NCBI GenBank assembly: GCA_035506515.1
Contig: DATJPG010000042.1
Coordinates: 11,235-75,234 of the forward strand
Direction: 5' to 3'
DNA: 64,000 bases
DNA from: Acidobacteriota bacterium
Lineage (GTDB): Bacteria > Acidobacteriota > UBA6911
The first letter of the stretch is position 1. Each line of letters begins with the position of its first letter. The position numbers and the translations under genes were made by a program. Below the pieces are notes generated by a model, which saw nothing but the letters and a program-made list of their open reading frames with translations, searched no databases and was not told where the DNA came from. Below, in pieces: positions 1 through 9,124 of this stretch.

Positions 1-78
1 CAGGCACCTTAATTCACCAATTTTCGGCGAGAGCCGCGATCCGACAGCCGTCCGACAATAAGTGAATTAAGGTGCCTG
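1..78. terminator. 17-bp inverted repeat downstream of tssG (terminator-like; the left arm may be truncated by the window edge)
   Basis: caggcaccttaattcac (1-17) pairs with gtgaattaaggtgcctg (62-78). It is followed by gtcaccgaaatt, which is shared with the 35611 hairpin. Confidence 0.4.
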
Positions 79-102
79 TCACCGAAATTCCATTAAATTC
101 CC

Positions 103-1146
103 TTAAATTTGCAGAATTGTGTCGTCAGGATCACGCTCCATCGGAGCCGTCCTGGCCCAGGTCATCCATCCCAGCCTCGTTGCTGCCGGGCCATCCGCGC
201 CCAGCGCACACGGCGGCGTTTCCTCTTTTTTCAGCACGAGCTGCACTTCGAAATCCAGTTCGTTTCCCGCAAAAAAGCGCACCAGCGCGGCGAGGGGCTT
301 GTGTGCGGGACCATCGGGCAAAAACTCGCGATACTGTTCCAGCGTCAACGGGCCCAGGCGTATGCGCACCGCCGACTGCTGATCCCAAATCTCGTCTCCC
401 ACAACCGTGCCGAAGCCAAGACGCTCGGAATCGGCGCCGGAATCGCTGAAACAGCACTGCGTGTCCCGGTCGATCGGGTGCCATCTTCCGACAAACTGCT
501 CGATCTCCACCGGAACGTCAAAATAATCGATCAGCAGCGCGCGCAGCGCGGACGCGGACCGGACATGCTCGACGAGGAGGCCCGTGCGGAACAGCAAGGC
601 CTCATCCGAGACTCCCTGGCGCGACGAAAGACCGGGCGTTCCCAATCCGAGCAGATCCATCAAATGGGGAGACAGCGAGTCTTTGTCATTGCGCTCATAC
701 GCAACCGTGAAATGGTGCTTCTCCCACGCCCGATAAAAAAGCGAGATGGCCCGATGATTGAAGATATCGAGAAAGGCGCGCAGGGCGGTGTCGCGGGCGC
801 GCAATCGCTCGCGCAGGAGAGCCGAGTAATACAGGGGAAGGATGCCCTGCGGTCCGGTCAACCCCATGAAATGGACATTCATGCGGGGCTGGGTGTCCTT
901 CGGCCATTCGAGGCTTGCGATCTGACTTGAAGGGAAACCTATCTCGTCAGAGGCACCGAAACGGACGGTTTCCGCGCCGGGATCCGAAAAGCGTCCTACG
1001 GGTGTGCGGTCCCGCAAAAGTCCGTGCAGAAGCCGCACGGCCTGGAAGAAATTGAAGTCAAACGGTTCCTCCCGCAGCGCAACTTCCATTTCGGGTGAAT
1101 TTATTTTTTCTAAAGCAGGATCTTCCTGCCGGCTCTCGGGGGCCAC
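103..1146 (-). CDS. tssG: Type VI secretion baseplate protein TssG (ImpH/VasB family)
   Basis: 347-aa ORF with the family-typical N-terminal FDFNFFQAVRLL motif. It sits in syntenic position after tssF. The start could instead be the internal Met at 1089. The 5' end overlaps the tssF 3' end. Confidence 0.85.
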   Translation of the reverse strand: MAPESRQEDPALEKINSPEMEVALREEPFDFNFFQAVRLLHGLLRDRTPVGRFSDPGAETVRFGASDEIGFPSSQIASLEWPKDTQPRMNVHFMGLTGPQGILPLYYSALLRERLRARDTALRAFLDIFNHRAISLFYRAWEKHHFTVAYERNDKDSLSPHLMDLLGLGTPGLSSRQGVSDEALLFRTGLLVEHVRSASALRALLIDYFDVPVEIEQFVGRWHPIDRDTQCCFSDSGADSERLGFGTVVGDEIWDQQSAVRIRLGPLTLEQYREFLPDGPAHKPLAALVRFFAGNELDFEVQLVLKKEETPPCALGADGPAATRLGWMTWARTAPMERDPDDTILQI

Positions 1147-2945
1147 TGGCGCAAAACCTCCTTCCTCTGACGCGTCGAAACCCGCAACTGACTGAAGCTG
1201 TTGAGCGCTACATACAAGCCGAGAAAATGTTCCAGTACGCCTGCGAACAGGTACACGCCGCCGCCCACGAAATTATCTTCATCCAGCTCCATGTCGACGC
1301 GGGTACCCCTGGCGAATGTGATGCCGTTTTCCGAGAGGATGCGCGCGTAATGCGGGTGGCTCTCGATCTTCAGAATTCCCTCGATTTGTTTTGCGGTGTG
1401 AGGAGATCGCGTGAAATCGTAGAGCTTCAACATTTCCTGAAGCGCCTCTTTCCCTTCGGAAACCAGGGAGAGGTAATTCAGGGAAAGGTGCGAGATGAGG
1501 CGCCACAGCGAGGATCTCCCGGTTGGCGGGCGGTATGTCGGAGTCGGCTTCCGCATCGCAACGATGGCCTGCACCGGTGCGGTGCTCTCCAATTCAAAGT
1601 CGCCCGATTCCATGCCGAACGGCAGGCGCGCGGGTAGGTCCCGGTTCGTGCACGTCAGGCGGACCGTCAGGCTGTCCAGGTCGGGCGCGACAGGCCGCTG
1701 TTCGAGATCCACGAGAGATAGGACCATCTCCGTACCCTCGTCATCGCGGCGGGCGGATGCGCGTCGCGATGCCATCCAGAAAGTCTGTCCGCGCGCGGCG
1801 GCCCCGTGGCGATAGGAGTAAAAGGGCTCAAACCGCACCGGTTCCTGAGTATCGGGGCGAACGCTCACCACTTCATCTACCGAGAATATTTCGGTGGCAT
1901 TGGGACGGCGGACATCGGGGACGATAGGATATTCGAAGCGCCGCTGCGTGATGAGAATCGGCTCGGCAGTCTGTTCGAAGAGATTGACGGCAGGCGCGCA
2001 GGCCAGCTGGATCGTCTTGGCGGTAATGCCGACTTCGAGTGCCTGCCTCCGCTCGGTCTGCTCAAAAGGAGCGATCAGGAAGATCAGCTCGGTCCGGTCC
2101 TTGAATCCCTTGAGCGCTGCTTCCAGACCTGTCAAATCCAGGAAGAAGAATTTTTCCGGGAAAGTGAAAAATTCGTGCAGCAACCGGTACCCCTCGAACG
2201 AGCGCCGCGGGTCCGGCAGCATGCCTTCGTTCTCCCCGAAACCAACGGGGCGTAACGCATCCGGCGCGAGCGACACCGGGCGGATGGTGGAACCCGGAGT
2301 GGGGTCGCGGACGATGATCTGAGTGACGCGGCTGCAGAGGAGCTCGTACAAAGTGTGAATCAGACTGCCCTCGCCGTTAAGAAATATGCGCAGCGGGTCC
2401 GGCGGTGCTTTTTCAAATGTCAAATCGCGCCATGCCTTCAACTCGACGCGCAACGCAGCCACCGCTTCCGCCGATTTGATGGCGGGCTGCAACCGGTCCG
2501 GCGATTTCCACTCCGCCGCGACGACGCTTGTCGGCCAGAGGTGGACATCGTAGCACGTGCGGAATTTGCAGGGCACTCCGGCGACGGGCCTCGAAGAGAG
2601 CGTGGCGCCGCGGTCGATTTTGAGTCCCGTTCCGATTTGCGTCTGCATTGGATTCATGCGGAAGTCCACGATGGTCATCGAGGGCACCGGCCGTATGAAG
2701 TGCGGATAGATGATGCTGAGGAGCGCTTCGCTGATTTCGGGAAACTCATCGTCGAGTTTGAGATGGATGCGGGCGGCCAGAAATGCGAACGCTTCCAGGA
2801 GCCTCTCCACGTGGGGATCTTCGCATTTGTCGGGCTCGATGTTCAGGCGTGAGGCGATTTTCGGATACTGCTCCGCAAACTGCGCCCCCAGGTGCCGCAG
2901 AAAACTGAGTTCGCGTTCATAATACAAAAGCAAATCGTCGCGCAC
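1110..2945 (-). CDS. tssF: Type VI secretion baseplate protein TssF (ImpG/VasA family)
   Basis: 611-aa ORF whose N-terminus MRDDLLLYYERELSFLR...FAEQYP is typical of TssF. It has a GTG start that overlaps the tssE stop, and sits in tssE-tssF-tssG order. Confidence 0.88.
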   Translation of the reverse strand: MRDDLLLYYERELSFLRHLGAQFAEQYPKIASRLNIEPDKCEDPHVERLLEAFAFLAARIHLKLDDEFPEISEALLSIIYPHFIRPVPSMTIVDFRMNPMQTQIGTGLKIDRGATLSSRPVAGVPCKFRTCYDVHLWPTSVVAAEWKSPDRLQPAIKSAEAVAALRVELKAWRDLTFEKAPPDPLRIFLNGEGSLIHTLYELLCSRVTQIIVRDPTPGSTIRPVSLAPDALRPVGFGENEGMLPDPRRSFEGYRLLHEFFTFPEKFFFLDLTGLEAALKGFKDRTELIFLIAPFEQTERRQALEVGITAKTIQLACAPAVNLFEQTAEPILITQRRFEYPIVPDVRRPNATEIFSVDEVVSVRPDTQEPVRFEPFYSYRHGAAARGQTFWMASRRASARRDDEGTEMVLSLVDLEQRPVAPDLDSLTVRLTCTNRDLPARLPFGMESGDFELESTAPVQAIVAMRKPTPTYRPPTGRSSLWRLISHLSLNYLSLVSEGKEALQEMLKLYDFTRSPHTAKQIEGILKIESHPHYARILSENGITFARGTRVDMELDEDNFVGGGVYLFAGVLEHFLGLYVALNSFSQLRVSTRQRKEVLRQWPPRAGRKILL

Positions 2946-2946
2946 G

Positions 2947-3435
2947 TTAATCGCTCTTTATATGATATTCGCCGTTGCTGAGTTGAAGCGAGGTGTCAAA
3001 CAGTATCTGCTCGGGCGCCGGATCCATCCTCAGCATGGCCTCGATCTGAAACCGTAGGGTGCGCGGTCCAGAACTCCCGTTGTCCAGGGCTCGCACCCGC
3101 GTTCCGGTCAGCCGCGGCTCAAATATCTCGATGGTCTCCTCGATGAGTCGCAGTAGCCGCTGCTTGTCCCGTGGTGAGTTCAGCCCCATGGACGTTACGT
3201 CCGGCAGTCCGAAGTTGTACAAAGACCGGAAAAGCTCCTCGTAAGTTTCAGGAACTTCATCCGGGTTCCTGCGACTGTTCAGCAGCCACTCCAGGTCGCG
3301 GCGCAAAGAGGCCTTCAATTGGCGCACGGATTGTGAGCGGTTTGCCGGCGGGTCGGCTGCCGAATCGGGATTCAAGTCGATCAGGCGATCCAGTATCGAG
3401 GCAGTAACTGCGAGATCGGGATCCGGTCTCGGCAT
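2947..3435 (-). CDS. tssE: Type VI secretion baseplate protein TssE (gp25-like lysozyme-fold)
   Basis: 162 aa, the size of the GPW/gp25 family, with a conserved LLNSRR-like segment. A GGGAGA RBS precedes it. It lies between tssA and tssF. Confidence 0.8.
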   Translation of the reverse strand: MPRPDPDLAVTASILDRLIDLNPDSAADPPANRSQSVRQLKASLRRDLEWLLNSRRNPDEVPETYEELFRSLYNFGLPDVTSMGLNSPRDKQRLLRLIEETIEIFEPRLTGTRVRALDNGSSGPRTLRFQIEAMLRMDPAPEQILFDTSLQLSNGEYHIKSD

Positions 3436-3438
3436 GGC

Positions 3439-5253
3439 CTATCTCCCACAGGCCAATGCCTGCAATGGATCCAGCCGGCAAATGCGGTCATAGATCTTTT
3501 GTTTCAGCTCGGCACTTGCCTCGGCTTTCGTGAGACATTGATACAAAAGGCAGAAAGGTTGCGCCACCATCGTCGGCGATTCCCACCCTTCCAGTCCACG
3601 GCTGTCGATCTCGGCCGTGATCTGTTCGAGGATCGGGTGCGCGATGTGATCATACCCCATCGAGATGCACAACTGTGCCAGTTGCAGCCGTCTCTGGAAT
3701 CGTCCGCGGCCGCTCTTTTCGGCAGCAGCCTCGCGCATCAAAATTTCAATAGCCTCCTGCGACCGTCCGGCCCGGGCGGCTTCCATGGCGAGATCGTTGG
3801 CGTCCGGGGTTCCGGATGTATCCTGGTTCGCAGAACCGGGTTCTTCTACAGTCGGGGCGTAGGAATATGCGGGTTGTTCTGCCGCCGGTGCCGACGGCGC
3901 GATTTCATCCAGCCATGCCTGGGTTTCCGGATTAGCCGCAGGCGTGTCGTCTAGCAGCGAAGCCTGGCGCAAGCCTGGATAGTCCGCGAGCAGCGCGTTT
4001 ACTTCGGCGCGAATGACGGCCTGGATCTGGTAATAGCCGAGCTCGTAAGCTGCGCGATATACATAGCGCTGCAAATCGAGCCAGCCTCTCCCGCACGGCG
4101 TGCCCATGGCCGTTTCGGCAATTTCGATTACCTGCTGCCATTCCCCGTCATTCGCCGCTTTCTTGAGCGCCTGGCGGGTTTCTGTTGGCGGGGCCTCGAG
4201 CAGGTTCGCGTCCAGATCCGATCCGGCGCTGCGCAATTCGCCAAAACGCAATCCGCGCAGCAGAAGATACGGCGTTACGCAGTATGCATCCTCACGTCTC
4301 AGAAAGGCCGCGACACTGACGATCCGGCGGTATGCGTCGTCCTTATCCTGGGGTTCCGGAGCGAGAGCGCCTGTCGCCGGGCGCGGCTTTGGCCGCGCGG
4401 CTGCTGCGGGTTCTTCCTGGGAGGGGTATTCTTCCTGCGCGACTTCTTCTTCGGGAACTTCGGCCTGTGCTGCCGCCTCATCGGGCTCCTTCTCTCTCTT
4501 CTTCTGCAGGAGACCGTGCACCGTGTGGCGAATTTCTTCAAGCGTGGTTCGCATGGGACCGAAGGACGGTGCTTCATCCGCAAACTTTTCCGAGCATATG
4601 CCGGACAGCGTTTCCAGGGCTTCAAGAATGCCGTCGATCGTCGCTTCCAGGTTGACGTAATAGGCCTTGGGGGATGCGTTGAAAGCTTTGTCCCAGTCCT
4701 CGCCCGTCTTTTTCCCATCGGCGATGGCAACCGCGCGGGCTTCCTGCTTTGTGGAATCGTCCGCGGCATCCGCTTCGTACCCGACGGCGCGCGCTTCTTT
4801 GAACTGATACCAGCTGATGCCCGTCTTCGTGATCGGCAGGCTGCGCAGCGTGGCGTCCATGCGCATTCCCAGCCAGTCCAGGGGAGCGGCGCGGATTTCG
4901 AGATCGCCTTCGTCCAATTCCGGGTACAGACCGTCCCAGAAATTCCCGATCAAACCGATGATCAGGTCGAGGCCTGCGCGCAGGCCGGAGAAAGATTCGG
5001 TTTTGATCAGCGCTTCCGTCAGCCAGACGGCAATCTGCAGATCCTTGCTTTTCGCTGCAAGAACATCGCCCGCAAGCTTTATGACCGTAGCGTAGTCCGC
5101 GGCTTTTCGCTCGTACTGCCAATCGCCCTGCGGAGCGGCGTCGTCCTCGCGTCGGGCCTCCTTGATTTTATCGTACACTGCGGCATAGCGCAGGCTTTCA
5201 CCGCAGGGATTGTCTCCCGGGATTGGATTCAGCAGATCGTCTCTGATAGGCAT
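3439..5253 (-). CDS. tssA: Type VI secretion protein TssA (ImpA N-terminal domain)
   Basis: 604 aa. The N-terminus PIRDDLLNPIPGDNPCGESLRYAAVYDKIKEARREDD matches the ImpA_N signature. Acidic and Pro/Ala-rich linkers are as in long-form TssA. Confidence 0.8.
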   Translation of the reverse strand: MPIRDDLLNPIPGDNPCGESLRYAAVYDKIKEARREDDAAPQGDWQYERKAADYATVIKLAGDVLAAKSKDLQIAVWLTEALIKTESFSGLRAGLDLIIGLIGNFWDGLYPELDEGDLEIRAAPLDWLGMRMDATLRSLPITKTGISWYQFKEARAVGYEADAADDSTKQEARAVAIADGKKTGEDWDKAFNASPKAYYVNLEATIDGILEALETLSGICSEKFADEAPSFGPMRTTLEEIRHTVHGLLQKKREKEPDEAAAQAEVPEEEVAQEEYPSQEEPAAAARPKPRPATGALAPEPQDKDDAYRRIVSVAAFLRREDAYCVTPYLLLRGLRFGELRSAGSDLDANLLEAPPTETRQALKKAANDGEWQQVIEIAETAMGTPCGRGWLDLQRYVYRAAYELGYYQIQAVIRAEVNALLADYPGLRQASLLDDTPAANPETQAWLDEIAPSAPAAEQPAYSYAPTVEEPGSANQDTSGTPDANDLAMEAARAGRSQEAIEILMREAAAEKSGRGRFQRRLQLAQLCISMGYDHIAHPILEQITAEIDSRGLEGWESPTMVAQPFCLLYQCLTKAEASAELKQKIYDRICRLDPLQALACGR

Positions 5254-5271
5254 CAGTGTGGAAAAGAGCCT

Positions 5272-5988
5272 TTATTCGGCCGCCGCCTCGACGGCGACGG
5301 GGAACTCCAGCGTTCTTACCTCCAAAATTGGTAACTCCTCGCCATCGACCAGCAACATTTTTTGACCCGCAGGTACTTGGGTGCCATCCATTTCCTCCCA
5401 AACCGTCTGCCGGCCAAGCCGCACGGTGTTGTCTGAGTGCCGGAAAGCGAAGGGGGTCAACGCGGGAATCATGACTTCGCCCAGGTCGAGGCCGCCGCAT
5501 TTGGGACCCGTTTTTAGCACGGCAGGAACCCAAATCAGGTCGCGCACGCGCTTCGGGGCTTCCATACGGATCGATTCGATATGCGCCAAAGGCAGCCATA
5601 AATAGGATCCCGCCGCATATACTTCCAGACGAGGGCCGATGCGCGGGTCGGCATCCTCGACGGCATCGCAAGCGATACCGTTGACGATGGCTTTCGTGAC
5701 AGGCTCGGCGGTTGTTTGCGGAAAAGTCTTTTTGTCGAACATTTCACGGCGCAAGCGCTCCGCCTGAAACGCCGAACGATAGATGAGCGTCCCCATGCCC
5801 GCTTCCTTGCTGATGTCGGATAAAATATCGAGCTGTTTTTCAGCACGGTCCAAGTCACCTGCAAAACAGAGCAGTTCAAACAAGAATGTTCGACGGCGTA
5901 CATCCGTCGGATCGTTGCGCAAATCGGCGGCCAAGACTTGTAGGGCTTCCTCTATTTTCCCAGCCTGGAAGAGTTCTTTGGCGTTCAT
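5272..5988 (-). CDS. tagJ: T6SS accessory protein TagJ (ImpE/SciE family, TPR-like)
   Basis: Begins MNAKELFQAGKIEEALQVLAADLRNDP, typical of ImpE. The start is taken at the internal Met with an AAAGGCGGG RBS; the ORF track extends to 6045. It lies between hcp and tssA. Confidence 0.7.
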   Translation of the reverse strand: MNAKELFQAGKIEEALQVLAADLRNDPTDVRRRTFLFELLCFAGDLDRAEKQLDILSDISKEAGMGTLIYRSAFQAERLRREMFDKKTFPQTTAEPVTKAIVNGIACDAVEDADPRIGPRLEVYAAGSYLWLPLAHIESIRMEAPKRVRDLIWVPAVLKTGPKCGGLDLGEVMIPALTPFAFRHSDNTVRLGRQTVWEEMDGTQVPAGQKMLLVDGEELPILEVRTLEFPVAVEAAAE

Positions 5989-6111
5989 GACCAAACCCGC
6001 CTTTCGCCTGCTGCACTTATAAGGGATAGCCCGTGGCGCTTGCACACCAATGCACTTGCGCCACAGGCAAAAAGCACTGCCAGCATCGAAAATGACATGC
6101 AGAAACGGTTG

Positions 6112-6600
6112 TTACACGGCCTTATTCTGTTTTAAATCGTAGCCGGCTTTAACGGCGCCGTCGAGAGTGCCATCCGCTTTCTGCGCTTTGTACTCGTACT
6201 CGATTTTTGCAAAGTTTAACGAGATTTGATCGGTTGGAACGATGCCCGATCCTCCGGAACCGCCAGTTTGAAAAGAGGAGACAAGGCAATCGGTAAATTT
6301 CATTTTTAAAAATTCCTGCTGCTCCTTGCCCGCTTTTCGACAGACCAAAACAGCTTCCTTGATATGTTCCCCGTTCGCGCACGCCAGGAGGAGTTTTGGG
6401 CTCGCCTTGTTCACCTGCATGATAAAGCTGAAATCCTGCATTGACACTTTGCCGGACCCACCGCCGCCGCCCGACGCAAAGCTTCCATGCTGAGTTTCGC
6501 CCCAGGACCACGATTCAACATCTATCTCGCCTTTGTGTTTGCTGTCCGAGCTTTCACCCTCAATCCCGTCAAGCTTTAAAAAAAAGTCCACAGCAGCCAT
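6112..6600 (-). CDS. hcp: Hcp (TssD) T6SS inner tube protein
   Basis: 162 aa. MAAVDFFLKLDGIEGESSDSKHKGEIDVESWSWG is the canonical Hcp1 N-terminus. Strong AAAGGAGA RBS. It lies directly downstream of tssBC. Confidence 0.93.
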   Translation of the reverse strand: MAAVDFFLKLDGIEGESSDSKHKGEIDVESWSWGETQHGSFASGGGGGSGKVSMQDFSFIMQVNKASPKLLLACANGEHIKEAVLVCRKAGKEQQEFLKMKFTDCLVSSFQTGGSGGSGIVPTDQISLNFAKIEYEYKAQKADGTLDGAVKAGYDLKQNKAV

Positions 6601-6668
6601 TTCTTATTCTCCTTTTTGTAAGACCGCGCCCGGCCTGATCTTTCTGTGGGACGGGCGCGGAAATCATT

Positions 6669-8156
6669 CTACTTACGAGCCGAGGCGGGCAATTCCGCCA
6701 CCAGGCGAAGCGATACCGTCAGTTCATCGAGCTGGAAATGCGGCCGGAGGAATGCCACCGCGCGATAGGCACCTGCCTTGCCGGGAACTTCCATAACCTC
6801 AATTCTGGCGTCTCTCAACGGATACTGAGCTTTGGTCGCAGCCGTAGCCGTGTCGTCGGGAGTCACGTAATTGGTAATCCACTTATTCAGCCAACGTTCG
6901 CATTCCGTGCGGGACGTAAAGCTGCCGATTTTGTCGCGCATCATGGCCTTTAGATAATGAGCAAAGCGGCAAACGGCCATGATGTAGGGCAACTGCCCTG
7001 CAAGACGAGCGTTGGCGTTGGCAGCATCGCTATCGTACAGCTTCGGTTTGTTGCAGGACTGCACGCTGAAAAACGCCGCGTAATCCGTGCCCTTGCAGTG
7101 CACCAGTGGAGCAAAGCCGGCATCGGCGAGTTCCTTTTCGCGACGGTCCGTAATGGGCGATTCCGTGGGACACTTCATCGCGACGTCGCCCGAATCCGTA
7201 TAGAAATTGTGGACCGGGAGTCCTTCGACCAGACCGCCGCCTTCTACGCCCCGGATTGCGGCGCACCAGCCGTAGAGAGCAAACGCCTTGGTCATGCGGG
7301 AGGCCAGCGCATACGCTGCATTCCCCCACAGATACTTGCCGTGATCTTCACCGCCGACATGTTCTTCGAATCCGAAGCCTTCTACCTGTTTCGTCTCCTT
7401 GCCGTAAGGCAGGCGCATCAGGATGCGCGGGCAGGTGAGGGCAACGTACCGCGAGTCCTCGGATGCCCGGAAAGACTTCCATTTTGCGTATTCGGTCGTA
7501 TCAAATACTTTGCCCATGTCGCGCGGCGCATCCAATTGTGTGAAGCTGTCCAGGTTGAACATTTCCGGTGAGGCAGCCGACAGGAATGGAGCGTGCGCGG
7601 CCGCCGCTACGTTGGATATTTTTTCCAGCAGCTCGATGTCCTCCGGTCCCCGGCCGAATTCGTAGTCGCCCACGATGCCGGCAAAAGGCGCCCCGCCGAA
7701 TATTCCGAATTCTTCTTCGTAAACCTTTTTGAACAACGCGCTCTGATCGAATTCCGGCGCCCGCTGCAGGTCGCGCAACAATTCCCTCTTGGAAACGTTC
7801 AGGATCTTGATCTTAAGATTTGCACTGGTTTCGCTCTGATCCATCAGGTACTTCAATCCGCGCCAGGAGCCTTCCAGTTTTTGAAACTGCTCCTGGTGGA
7901 GAATTTCGTTGAGCTGGATGGAAATGAGGTGATCGATCTGAGCGATGCGGGCGTTAATCATAGCCTCCGCATCTTTGGACACCGTCATGGCCCCCTCAAG
8001 AACCTGGCTCACGAATTCGGAGACCAGGTTTTTGCCGCGCTCGCGGCCGGCGACGTCCTTGGCAAATCGGCCTTCCTCAACGATCTGATCGAGCACACTC
8101 CTCTCGACGACTTGTTCCGCAGGAGCGGCTTTGGATTTTTTCTGCTCAGCGCTCAT
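6669..8156 (-). CDS. tssC: T6SS contractile sheath large subunit TssC (VipB/ImpC)
   Basis: 495 aa with typical TssC length and motifs. Its ATGA start overlaps the tssB stop. GGAGGAG RBS. Confidence 0.92.
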   Translation of the reverse strand: MSAEQKKSKAAPAEQVVERSVLDQIVEEGRFAKDVAGRERGKNLVSEFVSQVLEGAMTVSKDAEAMINARIAQIDHLISIQLNEILHQEQFQKLEGSWRGLKYLMDQSETSANLKIKILNVSKRELLRDLQRAPEFDQSALFKKVYEEEFGIFGGAPFAGIVGDYEFGRGPEDIELLEKISNVAAAAHAPFLSAASPEMFNLDSFTQLDAPRDMGKVFDTTEYAKWKSFRASEDSRYVALTCPRILMRLPYGKETKQVEGFGFEEHVGGEDHGKYLWGNAAYALASRMTKAFALYGWCAAIRGVEGGGLVEGLPVHNFYTDSGDVAMKCPTESPITDRREKELADAGFAPLVHCKGTDYAAFFSVQSCNKPKLYDSDAANANARLAGQLPYIMAVCRFAHYLKAMMRDKIGSFTSRTECERWLNKWITNYVTPDDTATAATKAQYPLRDARIEVMEVPGKAGAYRAVAFLRPHFQLDELTVSLRLVAELPASARK

Positions 8157-8683
8157 TGGTCTCCTCCTTCACCTTCCCCTTTGTCTTTAGTCACTTCGGA
8201 TTTCAGCTTGTCCAGTTTTTCGCTGTTGCTGACTGCCTCGAGCAGGAGCTCTTCCAGTTTGTCGTTGCCCTGCAAAGAGCCGCGCAGATCGGAAAGCTTG
8301 GTGCGAAGATCGAGCATCTCCTTGAGCGGCTTGACCTGACGGGCCACCTGTTCCGGCTCAAAATCTTCCATGCTCTTAAATCGCAGGTCGACCTTCAACT
8401 GGCCGGCGTCGGGATCTTCACTCAGTTTGTTTTCGACTGAGAAGGCCAGGTGGGGTTTCATGCCCTCCAGGACGCTGTCAAAGTTATCGGGATTCACCTC
8501 TACAAATTTCCGATCCTTGAGCTTTGGAAGCGGCGTCTCCGGCTGGCCCGTAAAGTCGCCTAGAACGCCCATGACGAACGGTAATTCCTTTACTTCGATC
8601 GCATCGCCGGTTTCCACGTCATACGTGACGTGTACCCGGGGCGGACGCACGCGATCAAGTTTGTGCTGTGTGCTTTTTGCCAT
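8153..8683 (-). CDS. tssB: T6SS contractile sheath small subunit TssB (VipA/ImpB)
   Basis: MAKSTQHKLDRVRPPRVHVTYDVETGDAIEVKELPFVMGVLGDF matches the VipA N-terminus. The start is chosen at the Met 6 nt after a GGGG RBS; the ORF track extends to 8752. Confidence 0.9.
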   Translation of the reverse strand: MAKSTQHKLDRVRPPRVHVTYDVETGDAIEVKELPFVMGVLGDFTGQPETPLPKLKDRKFVEVNPDNFDSVLEGMKPHLAFSVENKLSEDPDAGQLKVDLRFKSMEDFEPEQVARQVKPLKEMLDLRTKLSDLRGSLQGNDKLEELLLEAVSNSEKLDKLKSEVTKDKGEGEGGDQ

Positions 8684-9124
8684 TGCCATCCCCTTTCCAT
8701 GCAGAACAAGTTGGAACATGGCGACTCCCGCGCAATTGGCGCAAGAGTCCAAACGAGCTAGTGATAACTGATACCGTTAAATATAAGTCCGGTAGATTTG
8801 TCGTAAGTACCGGGAATTAAGAATTTGCGAGGGGAAATGCCAAACCGATTCAGCCCAGTGCTTTTCTCCATCGCAGTCGTTTGGATGTCCATAGCCGACG
8901 GCGTCCGGAATTTCCAAACCTCCTCATTCAACTGTAAGCCTAAGCGAAAATCTCTCATTGAGTATAAGTGCGAATGACAAAATTCGTCAAGGTTTATCCA
9001 AGAAATCAAGGACTTGCGGGGACGCCCGTATTTCCGCGCCGGCTCTGAATTCAAAGCGGTCTTAATCGACTCGTGCTCTCAAAACCTTTGCGAATTTCAG
9101 GCACTTCTGTTAGTTTGAAAGGCG

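Noticed and set aside
72-930. Several long ORFs on the plus strand and alternative frames (72-449, 109-930, 119-382) overlapping tssG
   Set aside because: They lie in frames antisense to, or overlapping, a well-supported TssG coding sequence. In a high-GC genome such antisense open frames occur by chance. They have no RBS and no motifs.
8758-9054. 98-aa ORF on the minus strand in the tssB/tssK intergenic region
   Set aside because: It lies in an AT-rich promoter region, has atypical composition and no RBS. It is more likely non-coding regulatory DNA.
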